Assembly (NCBI GenBank): GCA_963675295.2
Contig: CAXXKJ010000002.1
Location: 1 to 64,000, forward strand
Length of the DNA stretch: 64,000 bases
Reading direction: 5' to 3'
Source: a bacterium
GTDB taxonomy: Bacteria; Electryoneota; Electryoneia; Electryoneales; Electryoneaceae
Below are positions 18,499-27,564 of this stretch, piece after piece (position 1 is the first letter of the stretch; each line of letters opens with the position of its first letter). The notes below the pieces were generated by a model that saw nothing but the letters and a program-made list of their open reading frames with translations, did no database searches and was not told the origin of the DNA. A program made the position numbers and the translations under genes.

Positions 18499-19025
18499 GG
18501 GATCTCCTTTGGGACAGGTTTGAGGTGTGAGGAATGAGGTGTGAGGAACAGATTGTGTCCACGAAAGACGCGAAAGGAAGCGAAACGGCTTCAGGGTTTA
18601 TGTCTTCAGCTCAAGGCTCATGGCTCATGGCTCAGAGCTGCAGTTCACTGGTCTCCCGACGGTCCGGTGGGCAGGGACCGGACCGTCGGGGCGGGGATTC
18701 CCGGGTGGCACAAGGGGGCTTGCGCAGTCCGGCGGGAGGAGGAGGGAGACGCATGCTGGCGGGAAAAGGCAGGCCGGACACCCGGGACCCGGAGGACCGA
18801 TGCCGGAGCGGGGCGGCGGCGGGACGGTCGTGGGTGCATGCGTGGGAAGGTGCGGATATTTGTTGTCGTCCCCACCTGGATGGGATCCAGTGCGGTTGAT
18901 GCGGCTGTCGCTGTTGGACACAGAGGTGGCATGGACGTGACTCAGTTTATCGTGTTTGCGGGTGACCGGGTTCAACAGTGGGGGACTTCGTGTGCGGGGT
19001 GCATCCGGCATCCCGGTCGGCAGAC

Positions 19026-19063
19026 AGTATAGCGTGTTGGGTTTATGTTGTCAATACCCAACA
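19026..19063 (-). promoter_or_regulatory. Near-consensus sigma70 promoter of the head operon with an operator over the -35 (site 1)
   Basis: TTGACA(19054-19049)-N17-TATACT(19031-19026); TGTTGTCAATACCCAACA at 19046-19063. Confidence 0.8.
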
Positions 19064-19127
19064 AACCAAACAGAGCCGATTCGGCTCTCCGGAGACCAAA
19101 ATCACCGAATCGCGAAAAACTGCGAGC

Positions 19128-20672
19128 TTACTGACCCTTGGTAAACGTGAACGATCCGAGCCCCATGGTCCGGCTGCCGCCGGGTCCGCCGGGCGGGATT
19201 TCCGGGGGCGCGACACCGAGATGGGCTTCGAGAGTGTACTCACCATTCGGGGCGGCGGCAGGAATCCAGACGTTGATCCGGTAGCGGTTGAAAGTCGCGC
19301 CAGGCTGAAGTGTGACGGGAAAGCTGTTCAGGGGAGTGCGCTGGCCGTTCGGTCCGGTGACGACGATCCACGCATCCAAAGGTGTCGGTTCGACTAATAT
19401 GTTTGTTACTTGCGCGCCATACCGTAGCCAGCCACCTTCGGCTGGGATCGCAGGTGTCCATGCCTGCAATTGAACCTCGATTTCTGGTTCATGTTTAACC
19501 AGAAGAAGATCTTCACTCTCAATCAGATTCGTAGGAGTTTGATCCCAGCCGGTATATGCCAGTCCACCATCACGACTCACGGTCAGACTAAGAAGCCGTC
19601 CAGGTTGGAAAATTGAATCCCAGATGATATCCCCATTGGTTGGGTCTATTTTCGAAAGCCAACGCTGGTGCCCTAAGTTGATATCATAAACCGAACCACC
19701 GCAATAAAGCATACCTTCGGGCGATTGTACTGCGCATGCGATTATACTATGAAGTTCCAGATTGTTATATACTCTAACCCACGACAGATCTCCGTTTGCT
19801 TCGTACCGGGTCAGCATGCGGGTCGGGATGTAGTCGGGTAACACGGTCTGCAAGCCCGCAACGAGAAAGGCGCCATCCGGGAGTTGACGCACGCAATACG
19901 GTTCGGCATCAACGGGCTCGTTACCAGAGAACCATTCAATGTTCCCAGCCTGGTCTACTTTCACAATCCCGGCACGGGGTTCGTTATCCGGCTGGTCGCC
20001 AGGCCAGTAAGTGCTGACAAAGACGCAGCCGTTGTCCGCGGTCGCCTCAAGAAAACGGGGAAAATAGTATTCGGAAAAAACGTTCCACGGATGGTACACC
20101 TGCCGCCAGCGCTCTTGTCCACTTTCGGTCAGCCGCCAGACAAAGGGGCGAAAGTACGGCCCGTAACCATACACCAGCAGATCGCCGTTTGTCGCTACCT
20201 GCACGCAGGATGCCCAATTTGTAAGGTTCGGCCAGTTCGCCCAACGGGTCCACAGGATGTTGCCGTCCGGATCCAGTTTGATGACAAAGGCAGCGTAGCT
20301 GCCGTCTTGCGTGAAGTTCGGAGACCCCCCGCAAACGGCGAATCCTCCGTCTGGTGTCTGAGTAACGGAATGAACACTTTCAGTCCCGTCCATCACCGTA
20401 TTGAGATGCCAGATTTCGTTGCCGTCGCCGTCTGTTCGGACCAATATCCCGTTCAAGTCTTCCCCCGGAGCGGGCGGATTCGACCAGCCACCAAGGATGT
20501 AGCCACCATCACGCGTGGCTTTGACCGATTCACCGACATCTTCCTCATCGAAGTCCCAAGAGCGAGTCCACAGGGTGTCCGGTGGTTGAGCGGTGGAGGT
20601 GAATGCGGTCAGTAGCAGGAAGACGATTAGGAATCGGGCCAGCTGTAGAAATGTCAGATTAGGGCGTGTCAT
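19128..20672 (-). CDS. Secreted beta-propeller-repeat protein with C-terminal Ig-like domain
   Basis: Signal peptide, PDTLWTR, repeated T.DGG(Y/F)...G and K.D.DG..W motifs; C-terminal IPAEGG..VTGPNG..SFTFTK domain. Confidence 0.85.
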   Translation of the reverse strand: MTRPNLTFLQLARFLIVFLLLTAFTSTAQPPDTLWTRSWDFDEEDVGESVKATRDGGYILGGWSNPPAPGEDLNGILVRTDGDGNEIWHLNTVMDGTESVHSVTQTPDGGFAVCGGSPNFTQDGSYAAFVIKLDPDGNILWTRWANWPNLTNWASCVQVATNGDLLVYGYGPYFRPFVWRLTESGQERWRQVYHPWNVFSEYYFPRFLEATADNGCVFVSTYWPGDQPDNEPRAGIVKVDQAGNIEWFSGNEPVDAEPYCVRQLPDGAFLVAGLQTVLPDYIPTRMLTRYEANGDLSWVRVYNNLELHSIIACAVQSPEGMLYCGGSVYDINLGHQRWLSKIDPTNGDIIWDSIFQPGRLLSLTVSRDGGLAYTGWDQTPTNLIESEDLLLVKHEPEIEVQLQAWTPAIPAEGGWLRYGAQVTNILVEPTPLDAWIVVTGPNGQRTPLNSFPVTLQPGATFNRYRINVWIPAAAPNGEYTLEAHLGVAPPEIPPGGPGGSRTMGLGSFTFTKGQ

Positions 20673-20732
20673 TGGTCACCTCGGCGATATCGCGGATGGC
20701 CCGGGTTGTCCTGCAATCCGGGTGTCACAAAC

Positions 20733-20762
20733 AGGATACCATGGAATGGTTCCATGAGGCAA
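20733..20762 (-). promoter_or_regulatory. Putative promoter with palindromic operator in the spacer
   Basis: TTGCCT-N18-TATCCT; the spacer contains CATGGAA-CCA-TTCCATG. Confidence 0.45.
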
Positions 20763-20922
20763 CGGGGTCAGCCCTGTTTCGCACGACTGTTCCCCCTTGA
20801 AAATTGAGTTCAGATAATCCCGACGAGCTCTTCTGCCGTCAGGGCAAACGACCTGCGACCCCCCTCCTCGCCAACTCAAGACCAGGACTCAAGACTCAGG
20901 ACTCAGGACTCACGCCTGCCCA

Positions 20923-20995
20923 TGTTGTCTTATCCCCGCACGCCTCCCCGGGTGTTGTGCGCACGTTGCATTCGACCACTGAACATATGTACCTT
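20923..20995 (+). promoter_or_regulatory. XRE upstream region: operator copy (site 3) and putative promoter
   Basis: TGTTGTCTTATCCCCGCA at 20923-20940 (15/18 identical to site 2); TTGCAT-N18-TACCTT at 20966-20995. Confidence 0.55.
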
Positions 20996-21026
20996 CAGGT
21001 TGGGTTTGTTTACGATGACGTGATGT

Positions 21027-21560
21027 ATGCACTCAGCCGAGGATGCACAGCGGTTTGGCCGCACGATGCGTGAGTATCGCCGTCGTGCCGGTCTGACCCA
21101 GCAGCAGCTCGCCAACCGCGCGGAGATTGACCGTGCGACGGTGAGCCTGATCGAGAACGGACGCGAGGAACCGCGGGCGGACACGGTGCGCCGGTTGGCG
21201 ACCGTGCTCGGGGTGAATCCGGCCGATTTCTGGCGCGATCCGCTGTCGCGGGGGCAGCAGTCGCAAACACCCGGTTCGCAAAACGACCAAGGCCACCCAG
21301 ACACCGGCAACTCCAGCGCGCGATCCGGGGGCTCGTTCACCGCGCACGAGCCGGAGGGCGTGCATTACGAATCGTTGTCAACCAGCCGTCCCCACCCCGG
21401 GTTGACGGAGTTGCTCGAGGACGAACGTTCCCGTCTGATGCTGGCGATCACGCCGGAGGAAGAGGAGATGCTGCGTTCGATCCGCACCCGTCGTGACGCC
21501 CCCCTCGGCAAGGAATTCTTCATTGATGTGCTGATCTCGTACCGGCGTAACCGGTCATGA
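21027..21560 (+). CDS. XRE/Cro-CI-family HTH regulator with linker and small C-terminal domain
   Basis: FGRTMREYRRRAGLTQQQLANRAEIDRATVSLIENGREEPRADTVRRLATVLGV. Confidence 0.92.
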   Translation: MHSAEDAQRFGRTMREYRRRAGLTQQQLANRAEIDRATVSLIENGREEPRADTVRRLATVLGVNPADFWRDPLSRGQQSQTPGSQNDQGHPDTGNSSARSGGSFTAHEPEGVHYESLSTSRPHPGLTELLEDERSRLMLAITPEEEEMLRSIRTRRDAPLGKEFFIDVLISYRRNRS

Positions 21561-21690
21561 TATCCCCAGATCTTCGAGGTTCGGTTGATCCGCGTTCGCA
21601 AGTTTTCAGAACGGGCACATCCGCACGCGATTCCAGTTCTCCTCGTCCGCGTCCGCAAGCGGACACGGGCACGTCCTCTTGGATTCGGCC

Positions 21691-22410
21691 ATGAACCGGG
21701 TCGAGATCATTGCCCATCGGGGTGCGTCGGCGGTCGAGCACGAGAACACGCTCGCCGCATTCGCGAAAGCGATCGAACTCGGCGCGGACCGGATCGAGAC
21801 TGACGTTCGCCACACCCGGGACGGCGTTCTTGTTCTCCATCACGACCCCGGTCCGCCGGGCATAACCCTCGCCGAAGTCGAGTCCGCCGACCTACCCGCG
21901 ATCAGCCGTGACTGCGGGTACGAGATCCCGACCCTGCAGGACGCCCTCGCCCGTTTCGGCGACAACATCCTCTGGGACATCGAGCTGAAGGAGGTTGGCT
22001 ACGAGCGGCAGGTGGTCGACCTGGTCAGCGGCTACCTCACCCCGCAACGCGTAACCTACAGCTCGTTCCACGACAGCGTAGTGAAGACGATCCGCACTGG
22101 CTGGCCGCAACTGGCGGCGGGCCTGATTCTCGGCACCGACGAGCCGAAGTTCGGCCCGTTCACGCGGCTTGGCGAATTGTACCCGATGCGTCGCGCGGGA
22201 CGGTGCGGCGCGTCCGCCCTGATCCCGGGGCAACCGTTCCTGCGCTATGGGTTCCTCAAGCATGTGCGCGGCTTCCGTGGCCCGGTGTGGGTGTGGACGG
22301 TGAACGAGGAAGCGGACCTGCGACAGCTGTTCGCTACACCGGGAGTGGGCGGTGTGATTACGGACGATGTCGCGTTGGCGGTGCGTATAAGAGACGGTGG
22401 TGAACAGTAG
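21691..22410 (+). CDS. Glycerophosphodiester phosphodiesterase
   Basis: IIAHRGAS..ENTLAAF..IETDV..HHD, IELKE, SSF, WTVNE, VITDD. Confidence 0.93.
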   Translation: MNRVEIIAHRGASAVEHENTLAAFAKAIELGADRIETDVRHTRDGVLVLHHDPGPPGITLAEVESADLPAISRDCGYEIPTLQDALARFGDNILWDIELKEVGYERQVVDLVSGYLTPQRVTYSSFHDSVVKTIRTGWPQLAAGLILGTDEPKFGPFTRLGELYPMRRAGRCGASALIPGQPFLRYGFLKHVRGFRGPVWVWTVNEEADLRQLFATPGVGGVITDDVALAVRIRDGGEQ

Positions 22411-22422
22411 TTAGCCACCAGG

Positions 22423-22527
22423 TGTCATTCTGAACGAAGTGAAGAATCTCCAGCTCTGACAGCTTTTCCACGAGGATTTGAGATGGTTGGATTTGGAGAT
22501 CCTTCCGCCTGCGGCGTCAGGATGACA
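22423..22527. repeat. Inverted pair of TGTCATTCTGAACGAAGTGAAGAATCT-family repeats
   Basis: TGTCATTCTGA..TCAGGATGACA ends. Confidence 0.75.
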
Positions 22528-22718
22528 CACGAGGCACAGCTAGCCATACCACCCCCTCTCCGTAGCATCAACTATCCCTCCTTGCGTCTCGAAACCTCTT
22601 GACTCCTCCCCATCGTTCGTTTCACCATGCGAAGTTAGGCGCATCGAACCAGGTTTCGCCGCATCACAGGGATGTGTCTGACCGCCGGGGGAAGGCGTCA
22701 ACAGTGGTGGAGAGTGTG

Positions 22719-24134
22719 ATGACCAGTGAGCAATTGCGGGAGCTGGTGGTCGGTGTGAACACGCCGACGCCGGTGCATGACGGACGTGAAGTCCCCTACC
22801 TCAACCTCGACAATGCGGCGTCGACACCGGCGCTGAAGGTCGTCCGTGACGAAACCAACCGCATGCTCGACTGGTACGCCAGCATCCACCGTGGCGCGGG
22901 CTACAAGAGCCAGCTGGCGTCCGCGTGGTACGAGATGGCGCGCAAGCAGGTGCTGAAGTATGTCGGCGCCGACCTCAATTATCACTGTGTCGTACTGACC
23001 CACAACACCACCGACGCGATCAACCGTCTCGCGGCAAAATTCCCGCACGATAACGACCAGTCGGTGATCATCAGCCATGCCGAGCATCACGCCAACGATT
23101 TGCCGTGGCGAGATCGCGGACGGGTTGCCCGTATCCCGGTCAGTCCGGCGGGCGAAATCGATCCGGACGATCTCGACAAGGTGTTGCGGCAGGAGGCCGG
23201 CCGTGCGCGTCTGGTCAGCATCACCGGCGCGTTGAATGTGACCGGCACGATCCAGCCGATTCACGACCTCGCGCGTGTCGCGCACAAGCACGGCGTCCGG
23301 ATCGCGGTGGATGCCGCGCAGCTCGCGCCGCATGTCCCGATCAACATGGCCGGCAACGATGACGACGAGCGGATCGACTTCCTGATGTTGAGCGCGCACA
23401 AGATGTACGCGCCGCTTGGTGGCGGCGCATTGGTCGGCCCGCGTGAGTTTTTCGCGACTACGTGCCCGTCCGTGCGCGGTGGCGGCGCGGTCAAGGCGGT
23501 CGAGCCGGACGCGGTGTTCTGGGCGGATCCGCCGAACCGTGACGAGGCCGGCAGCCCGAATGTGGTCGGCGCGGTGGCGATGGCGGCGTCCATGCGCGCG
23601 TTGAACGATATCGGCTGGGACGTCTTGGAAGAGGCCGAGCGGCGGTTGACGAAACGGTTCCTCGAAGGTCTCGAAAAAATCCCCGGCGCGACGATGTACG
23701 GCCTCGGCCCGGACCAGCTCGACCGTCGGCTGGGCGTGGTCGCGTTCAACCTCGATGGTGTCCCGCACGCCAAGGTCGCGGCGGCGTTGGCCTACGAGCA
23801 CGGAATCGGCGTGCGCAATGGCTGTTTCTGTGCGCACCCGTTCGTGTTGACGATGATGGAGGTTTCGCCGGAAGAAGCACGGAAGTATTCGGAACAGGTC
23901 CAGACCGGGAACAAGTCGCTGATTCCCGGCGCGGTGCGGGTCTCGTTCGGCCTGTACAACACTGAGACGGATGTGGATCGTGTACTGGATGCGCTTGCAC
24001 AGATCGCGCGCGGTGAATTTGCGCTGGACTACGAAGAGGAAACGTCACACGGTGAGTTTCATCCGGTGCAGGGCGCGATCGACTTCGATCACATCCTCAG
24101 CAACGGGCTGCATGTCGGCGCGGCGGTTGAGTGA
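22719..24134 (+). CDS. Class V PLP aminotransferase / cysteine desulfurase-like (SufS group)
   Basis: LDNAAST, HHANDLPW, VDAAQ, SAHKMYAP, EAGSPN, RNGCFCAHP, RVSFGLYN. Confidence 0.9.
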   Translation: MTSEQLRELVVGVNTPTPVHDGREVPYLNLDNAASTPALKVVRDETNRMLDWYASIHRGAGYKSQLASAWYEMARKQVLKYVGADLNYHCVVLTHNTTDAINRLAAKFPHDNDQSVIISHAEHHANDLPWRDRGRVARIPVSPAGEIDPDDLDKVLRQEAGRARLVSITGALNVTGTIQPIHDLARVAHKHGVRIAVDAAQLAPHVPINMAGNDDDERIDFLMLSAHKMYAPLGGGALVGPREFFATTCPSVRGGGAVKAVEPDAVFWADPPNRDEAGSPNVVGAVAMAASMRALNDIGWDVLEEAERRLTKRFLEGLEKIPGATMYGLGPDQLDRRLGVVAFNLDGVPHAKVAAALAYEHGIGVRNGCFCAHPFVLTMMEVSPEEARKYSEQVQTGNKSLIPGAVRVSFGLYNTETDVDRVLDALAQIARGEFALDYEEETSHGEFHPVQGAIDFDHILSNGLHVGAAVE

Positions 24135-24351
24135 CCGCGATGTTGGATAGCTCGCGTTGTCACAGCCAACACGGGCAAGAAGTGTTATTGGTTCAACGTT
24201 CGGATGACCCCAGACATGAATGTCTGGGGCACTTTTTTATCTATCGCGTACAGCTTTTGCCGATAACCCAGAGCCGTGACAGCCGACTTGGACACAAACA
24301 CACCAAGTCGGGCCACGCCAACCCTACAGCCAATCGCCCTACGCCGTTCAC

Positions 24352-26076
24352 CTAGAACGTCGGGAACCAACGTACCACTGCCTGGAACAGAACGTCGCTT
24401 TCCTTCACGCCCGCGCCTTCTTCGGGCAGCAGTTCGCGATCGACATAGCGCACGTTGAACGTGGTCTGCAGATGCTGGATTGGTTCCAGTTCAACGGCGA
24501 GGCCGACCTCCCGCTGGGTTTCCTTGTCGCCGGTCAGAAACGGCACGCTGTCCCGCACAGCGAGGTTATCGTGATCGGAGTGGTAGACATCTCCGCCAAT
24601 GACGATCCCCTCCGGGTTTGCGCCGTGCCGGTAGCCGCGTACATGGACTGTTACCGCTGCGCCACGTGCCACCTGTTGCCGCCAACCGACAACGAAATTG
24701 TCGCTGTTCGGCGGGATACCGTAGCCTAGGTTCGCGCTCAGGTGGGTCGCCCGGTTGATCTGGAACTTGTGCGAGTAGACATACGGCCGGATGCGGACAT
24801 ATTCCACGAACAGCTGGCTGTTCCTGACGTTGAACGCGTCCATCCACTTCACACCGGCGAGGTACGCCCACTTGTTCGAGTAGTCGTCGCTGCCGAGGTC
24901 GGCGAAGACGAACTCATCGAACAGAATCTGCAGGTGGAAGATGGCCCGGTTGAACGCCAGCCAGCGGAAGTCACCACCGAGCATCATGTTGTCTGGGTCG
25001 CCGGTGTAGTGTTCCTGTCCCTGGATGAAGATCAGCGGGTTAAGGTATTCGACATCAAAGCCGCGTTCGCCGTAGATCACCTGCTCGAAGAACGCGAAGC
25101 GGAAGTTGCGGTGCACGTTGAACTCGAACCGTTGCGCGCTGTACCACTTCTGCGCGTACAGGTTGCGAGTTCCGCCGATGCCTTCCACGCGGTAGAAATC
25201 CTGCACGATCCTTGGTTCCGTCTGCAGCCGGGCTTGAACGTTGGTGTAGCGGAACGGTCCCCAGTTTCCGACAAACCGGAAGTGCGTGTACGGCAGGCTG
25301 TAATCGTTAATCAGCAGGCCGCCGGTGTTGCCGTCACCCCAGCGCTGCCGTCCCTTGCCGAGATGCACCAGCACATGCTCGCTCTGGTACGCGACCTCCG
25401 CCTCGGTGTCGTAAAAATCGAGCAGCTCCGGGCTGTGGCCGGTGGGACCGCTGACATCGTACGGATAACGCACACTGTCGACAATCGCCGGGTCCATCAC
25501 GATGTGGTTGTCCGCCACCGCACCGAAGGCGCTCCACGGTCCGCTGCGAAAGCGTAATACGCCACCATTTGCGACAACTCGGGTGGAGATGACCTCGTCG
25601 CCCACCGCCGCCGGGAGACGGTCGTAATACTCCCCCTTGACGGTTGGGTTCATTGCGATCGTCCAGTCGCTGTCATCGCCTTCGAAGTACAGCATGTCGT
25701 ACCCGTTTGGGAACAGCCACTCCGGACGTCCCTCCCATTTCTCCCAGAAGGATCGGTAGTCCGGATCGGTGCTTTCGCCGAGGTAGCGAAGTTCATCCCG
25801 GAACTGGTAGCGGAAATACTCGAGTTGGTCACGGTCGACCCGGCTGAGCTGATCGCGGTGATCGATAATCGCGATCAGGTGCTGGGCCACATCAACACGG
25901 GTGTACGGTTTCGACCCGGGCAACGGTTTGTACAGGTAGCCGAGCACATCCGCGCGTTCGAGGAAGGGATAGACCGGATCGCTGAGACGGACATCCGTCG
26001 CGAGCGATGGCGAGGCGATCAGCGTCAGGATGAATACAACCGTAAGCGTCCACAACCGGGCTTGCAGGCGGTTCAT
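24352..26076 (-). CDS. Capsule assembly Wzi-family outer-membrane protein
   Basis: Signal peptide, DPVYPFLER..KPYTR, GKGRQRWG.G..GGL, EQVIYG, EYLNP, DNMMLG, EYVRIRPYVYSH. Confidence 0.75.
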   Translation of the reverse strand: MNRLQARLWTLTVVFILTLIASPSLATDVRLSDPVYPFLERADVLGYLYKPLPGSKPYTRVDVAQHLIAIIDHRDQLSRVDRDQLEYFRYQFRDELRYLGESTDPDYRSFWEKWEGRPEWLFPNGYDMLYFEGDDSDWTIAMNPTVKGEYYDRLPAAVGDEVISTRVVANGGVLRFRSGPWSAFGAVADNHIVMDPAIVDSVRYPYDVSGPTGHSPELLDFYDTEAEVAYQSEHVLVHLGKGRQRWGDGNTGGLLINDYSLPYTHFRFVGNWGPFRYTNVQARLQTEPRIVQDFYRVEGIGGTRNLYAQKWYSAQRFEFNVHRNFRFAFFEQVIYGERGFDVEYLNPLIFIQGQEHYTGDPDNMMLGGDFRWLAFNRAIFHLQILFDEFVFADLGSDDYSNKWAYLAGVKWMDAFNVRNSQLFVEYVRIRPYVYSHKFQINRATHLSANLGYGIPPNSDNFVVGWRQQVARGAAVTVHVRGYRHGANPEGIVIGGDVYHSDHDNLAVRDSVPFLTGDKETQREVGLAVELEPIQHLQTTFNVRYVDRELLPEEGAGVKESDVLFQAVVRWFPTF

Positions 26077-26356
26077 GCGTTCTCCGAACAGGGCAACGGG
26101 GAAGAATGGCACGAAGGTAAGGTAGCGAACGGCGGTTCAGCCAAGGAAACGCGGGAGGCTTTCTCGCTTGCAGGGAATCTCCGTCTCGTGCCCGTGTCTG
26201 CTTGCAGACGCGGACGAGACCTTCTCGGGTGCAGGGAACCTCCGGCACGCCGGTTGGTGGGACAGTTGCACGGTCGAGCCGTCCCTTTCGCGCTTATCTT
26301 TGCGGAGCTTTGCACGATCTACGGAGTCTTGTTTGCGTTCCGGCGATTTCAAACCT

Positions 26357-27328
26357 GTGCTGTTCACCCTGCGCCTGATCACCGCCGTGAGTGCGGTTTT
26401 TGTCGTCATGCCCTATTTCGGGCTCGGCTGGTTTGACGTTCTGCAGTCGGTCACCGGCCAGCAGATCCTGCGCCTGGTGCTGCTGCCCTTCCTGTTCGTG
26501 CAGGCGCTACACTGGTACTCTTCGAAGCGTCACATTGAAGCCGCGACCAGCTTCTTTTTCGTCGTCATCCTGTTCGTCGAACTGTTGGGCACGGTTCCGT
26601 TCATCGCCAACAAACCTGACAGCCCGAAAGCGCTGCGGGTGATGACGTTCAACAGCCAGGGTCATGGCGAGGGGTCGTGGCTTTCATGGTTGAAGCAGGA
26701 TGCCATCGACCTCGCCTGCGTGCAGGAGCTGCCCAAAAGCGGGATGGATTATATCCGCGAATACGGTCCGCGTTTCGGCTTCCCCTACATGAACGTGCAG
26801 TACGCCGAGGACGGCACTGCGGGTGTTGTCTTGCTGAGCCGGACACCGTTCGTCTACGCCGATTCGATCCAGGTGCCGGACCTCGAGGATACTCACCGGT
26901 TCTTCCCGGCGGTGGGCGTGATCTCGGACGGCGACACGGTACACGTTATCGGCGTCCACATGGCTTCGACGCCACGCTGGGCTCCAATTTCGAAGGTCGG
27001 CAAGGCGTGGAACGTACGCGAACACCAGGTGAAACGCGTGCTCGAACGAGTGGAAACCGTGGACGGTCCGGTGATCGTGCTCGGCGACTTCAACAGCACC
27101 CCCACCGACCGGTTGATGCGGTTGATGCGTGGCAGTCTCTCCGACATGTGGATGGCTGGCGGATCCGGCATGGGTGCAACATGGCCGTCCGGGCTGCCGT
27201 TCCTGCGAATCGACCAGGTATTTGCACGTGATTTTGACGGGATCAGCCGTATCATGTCCGAGCCGCTGGCGGTTAGCGACCACCTCGCTGTCTCACTGAG
27301 TCTCCATCGCGAAAAGGTGACGGATTAA
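26357..27328 (+). CDS. Membrane-anchored endonuclease/exonuclease/phosphatase-family protein
   Basis: N-terminal TM helices, LRVMTFN, CVQE, GDFNS, RIDQVF, SDH. Start uncertain. Confidence 0.85.
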   Translation: MLFTLRLITAVSAVFVVMPYFGLGWFDVLQSVTGQQILRLVLLPFLFVQALHWYSSKRHIEAATSFFFVVILFVELLGTVPFIANKPDSPKALRVMTFNSQGHGEGSWLSWLKQDAIDLACVQELPKSGMDYIREYGPRFGFPYMNVQYAEDGTAGVVLLSRTPFVYADSIQVPDLEDTHRFFPAVGVISDGDTVHVIGVHMASTPRWAPISKVGKAWNVREHQVKRVLERVETVDGPVIVLGDFNSTPTDRLMRLMRGSLSDMWMAGGSGMGATWPSGLPFLRIDQVFARDFDGISRIMSEPLAVSDHLAVSLSLHREKVTD

Positions 27329-27383
27329 CCCGTCATGTTTTCGCATCTTCGACTCCAGTATGAACACGGAATGATTGCGGTTC

Positions 27384-27398
27384 TGGCACGATCATGGC
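27384..27398 (+). promoter_or_regulatory. Possible sigma54 promoter upstream of wza
   Basis: TGGCACG-ATCA-TGGC with correct -24 GG / -12 GC spacing and one mismatch. Confidence 0.4.
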
Positions 27399-27564
27399 TA
27401 TGTTCGCTGTTTCAGGCATGAATTGTATCAAGCCTGAACGGGCATGGGGCAGCTGACTGGTTCTGCGCGGAACTCATAGGTCGTACATGCATCCCTTCGT
27501 GTCCTGAAAACGATATCGATTCTCACTCCATTCAACCTGACAAACATCCGAAATCGGTTTGCAC

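Noticed and set aside
18625-19011. Pro-rich ORF as a real gene or small terminase
   Set aside because: Composition simply reflects the C-rich strand; no SD and no HTH or TerS-like features. Left uncalled.
1949-21560. Intact prophage integrated at tRNA-Ala
   Set aside because: No integrase and no duplicated tRNA 3' end were seen, the cluster lies on the tRNA's 5' side, and host genes (esterase, TBDR, TetR) separate the two.
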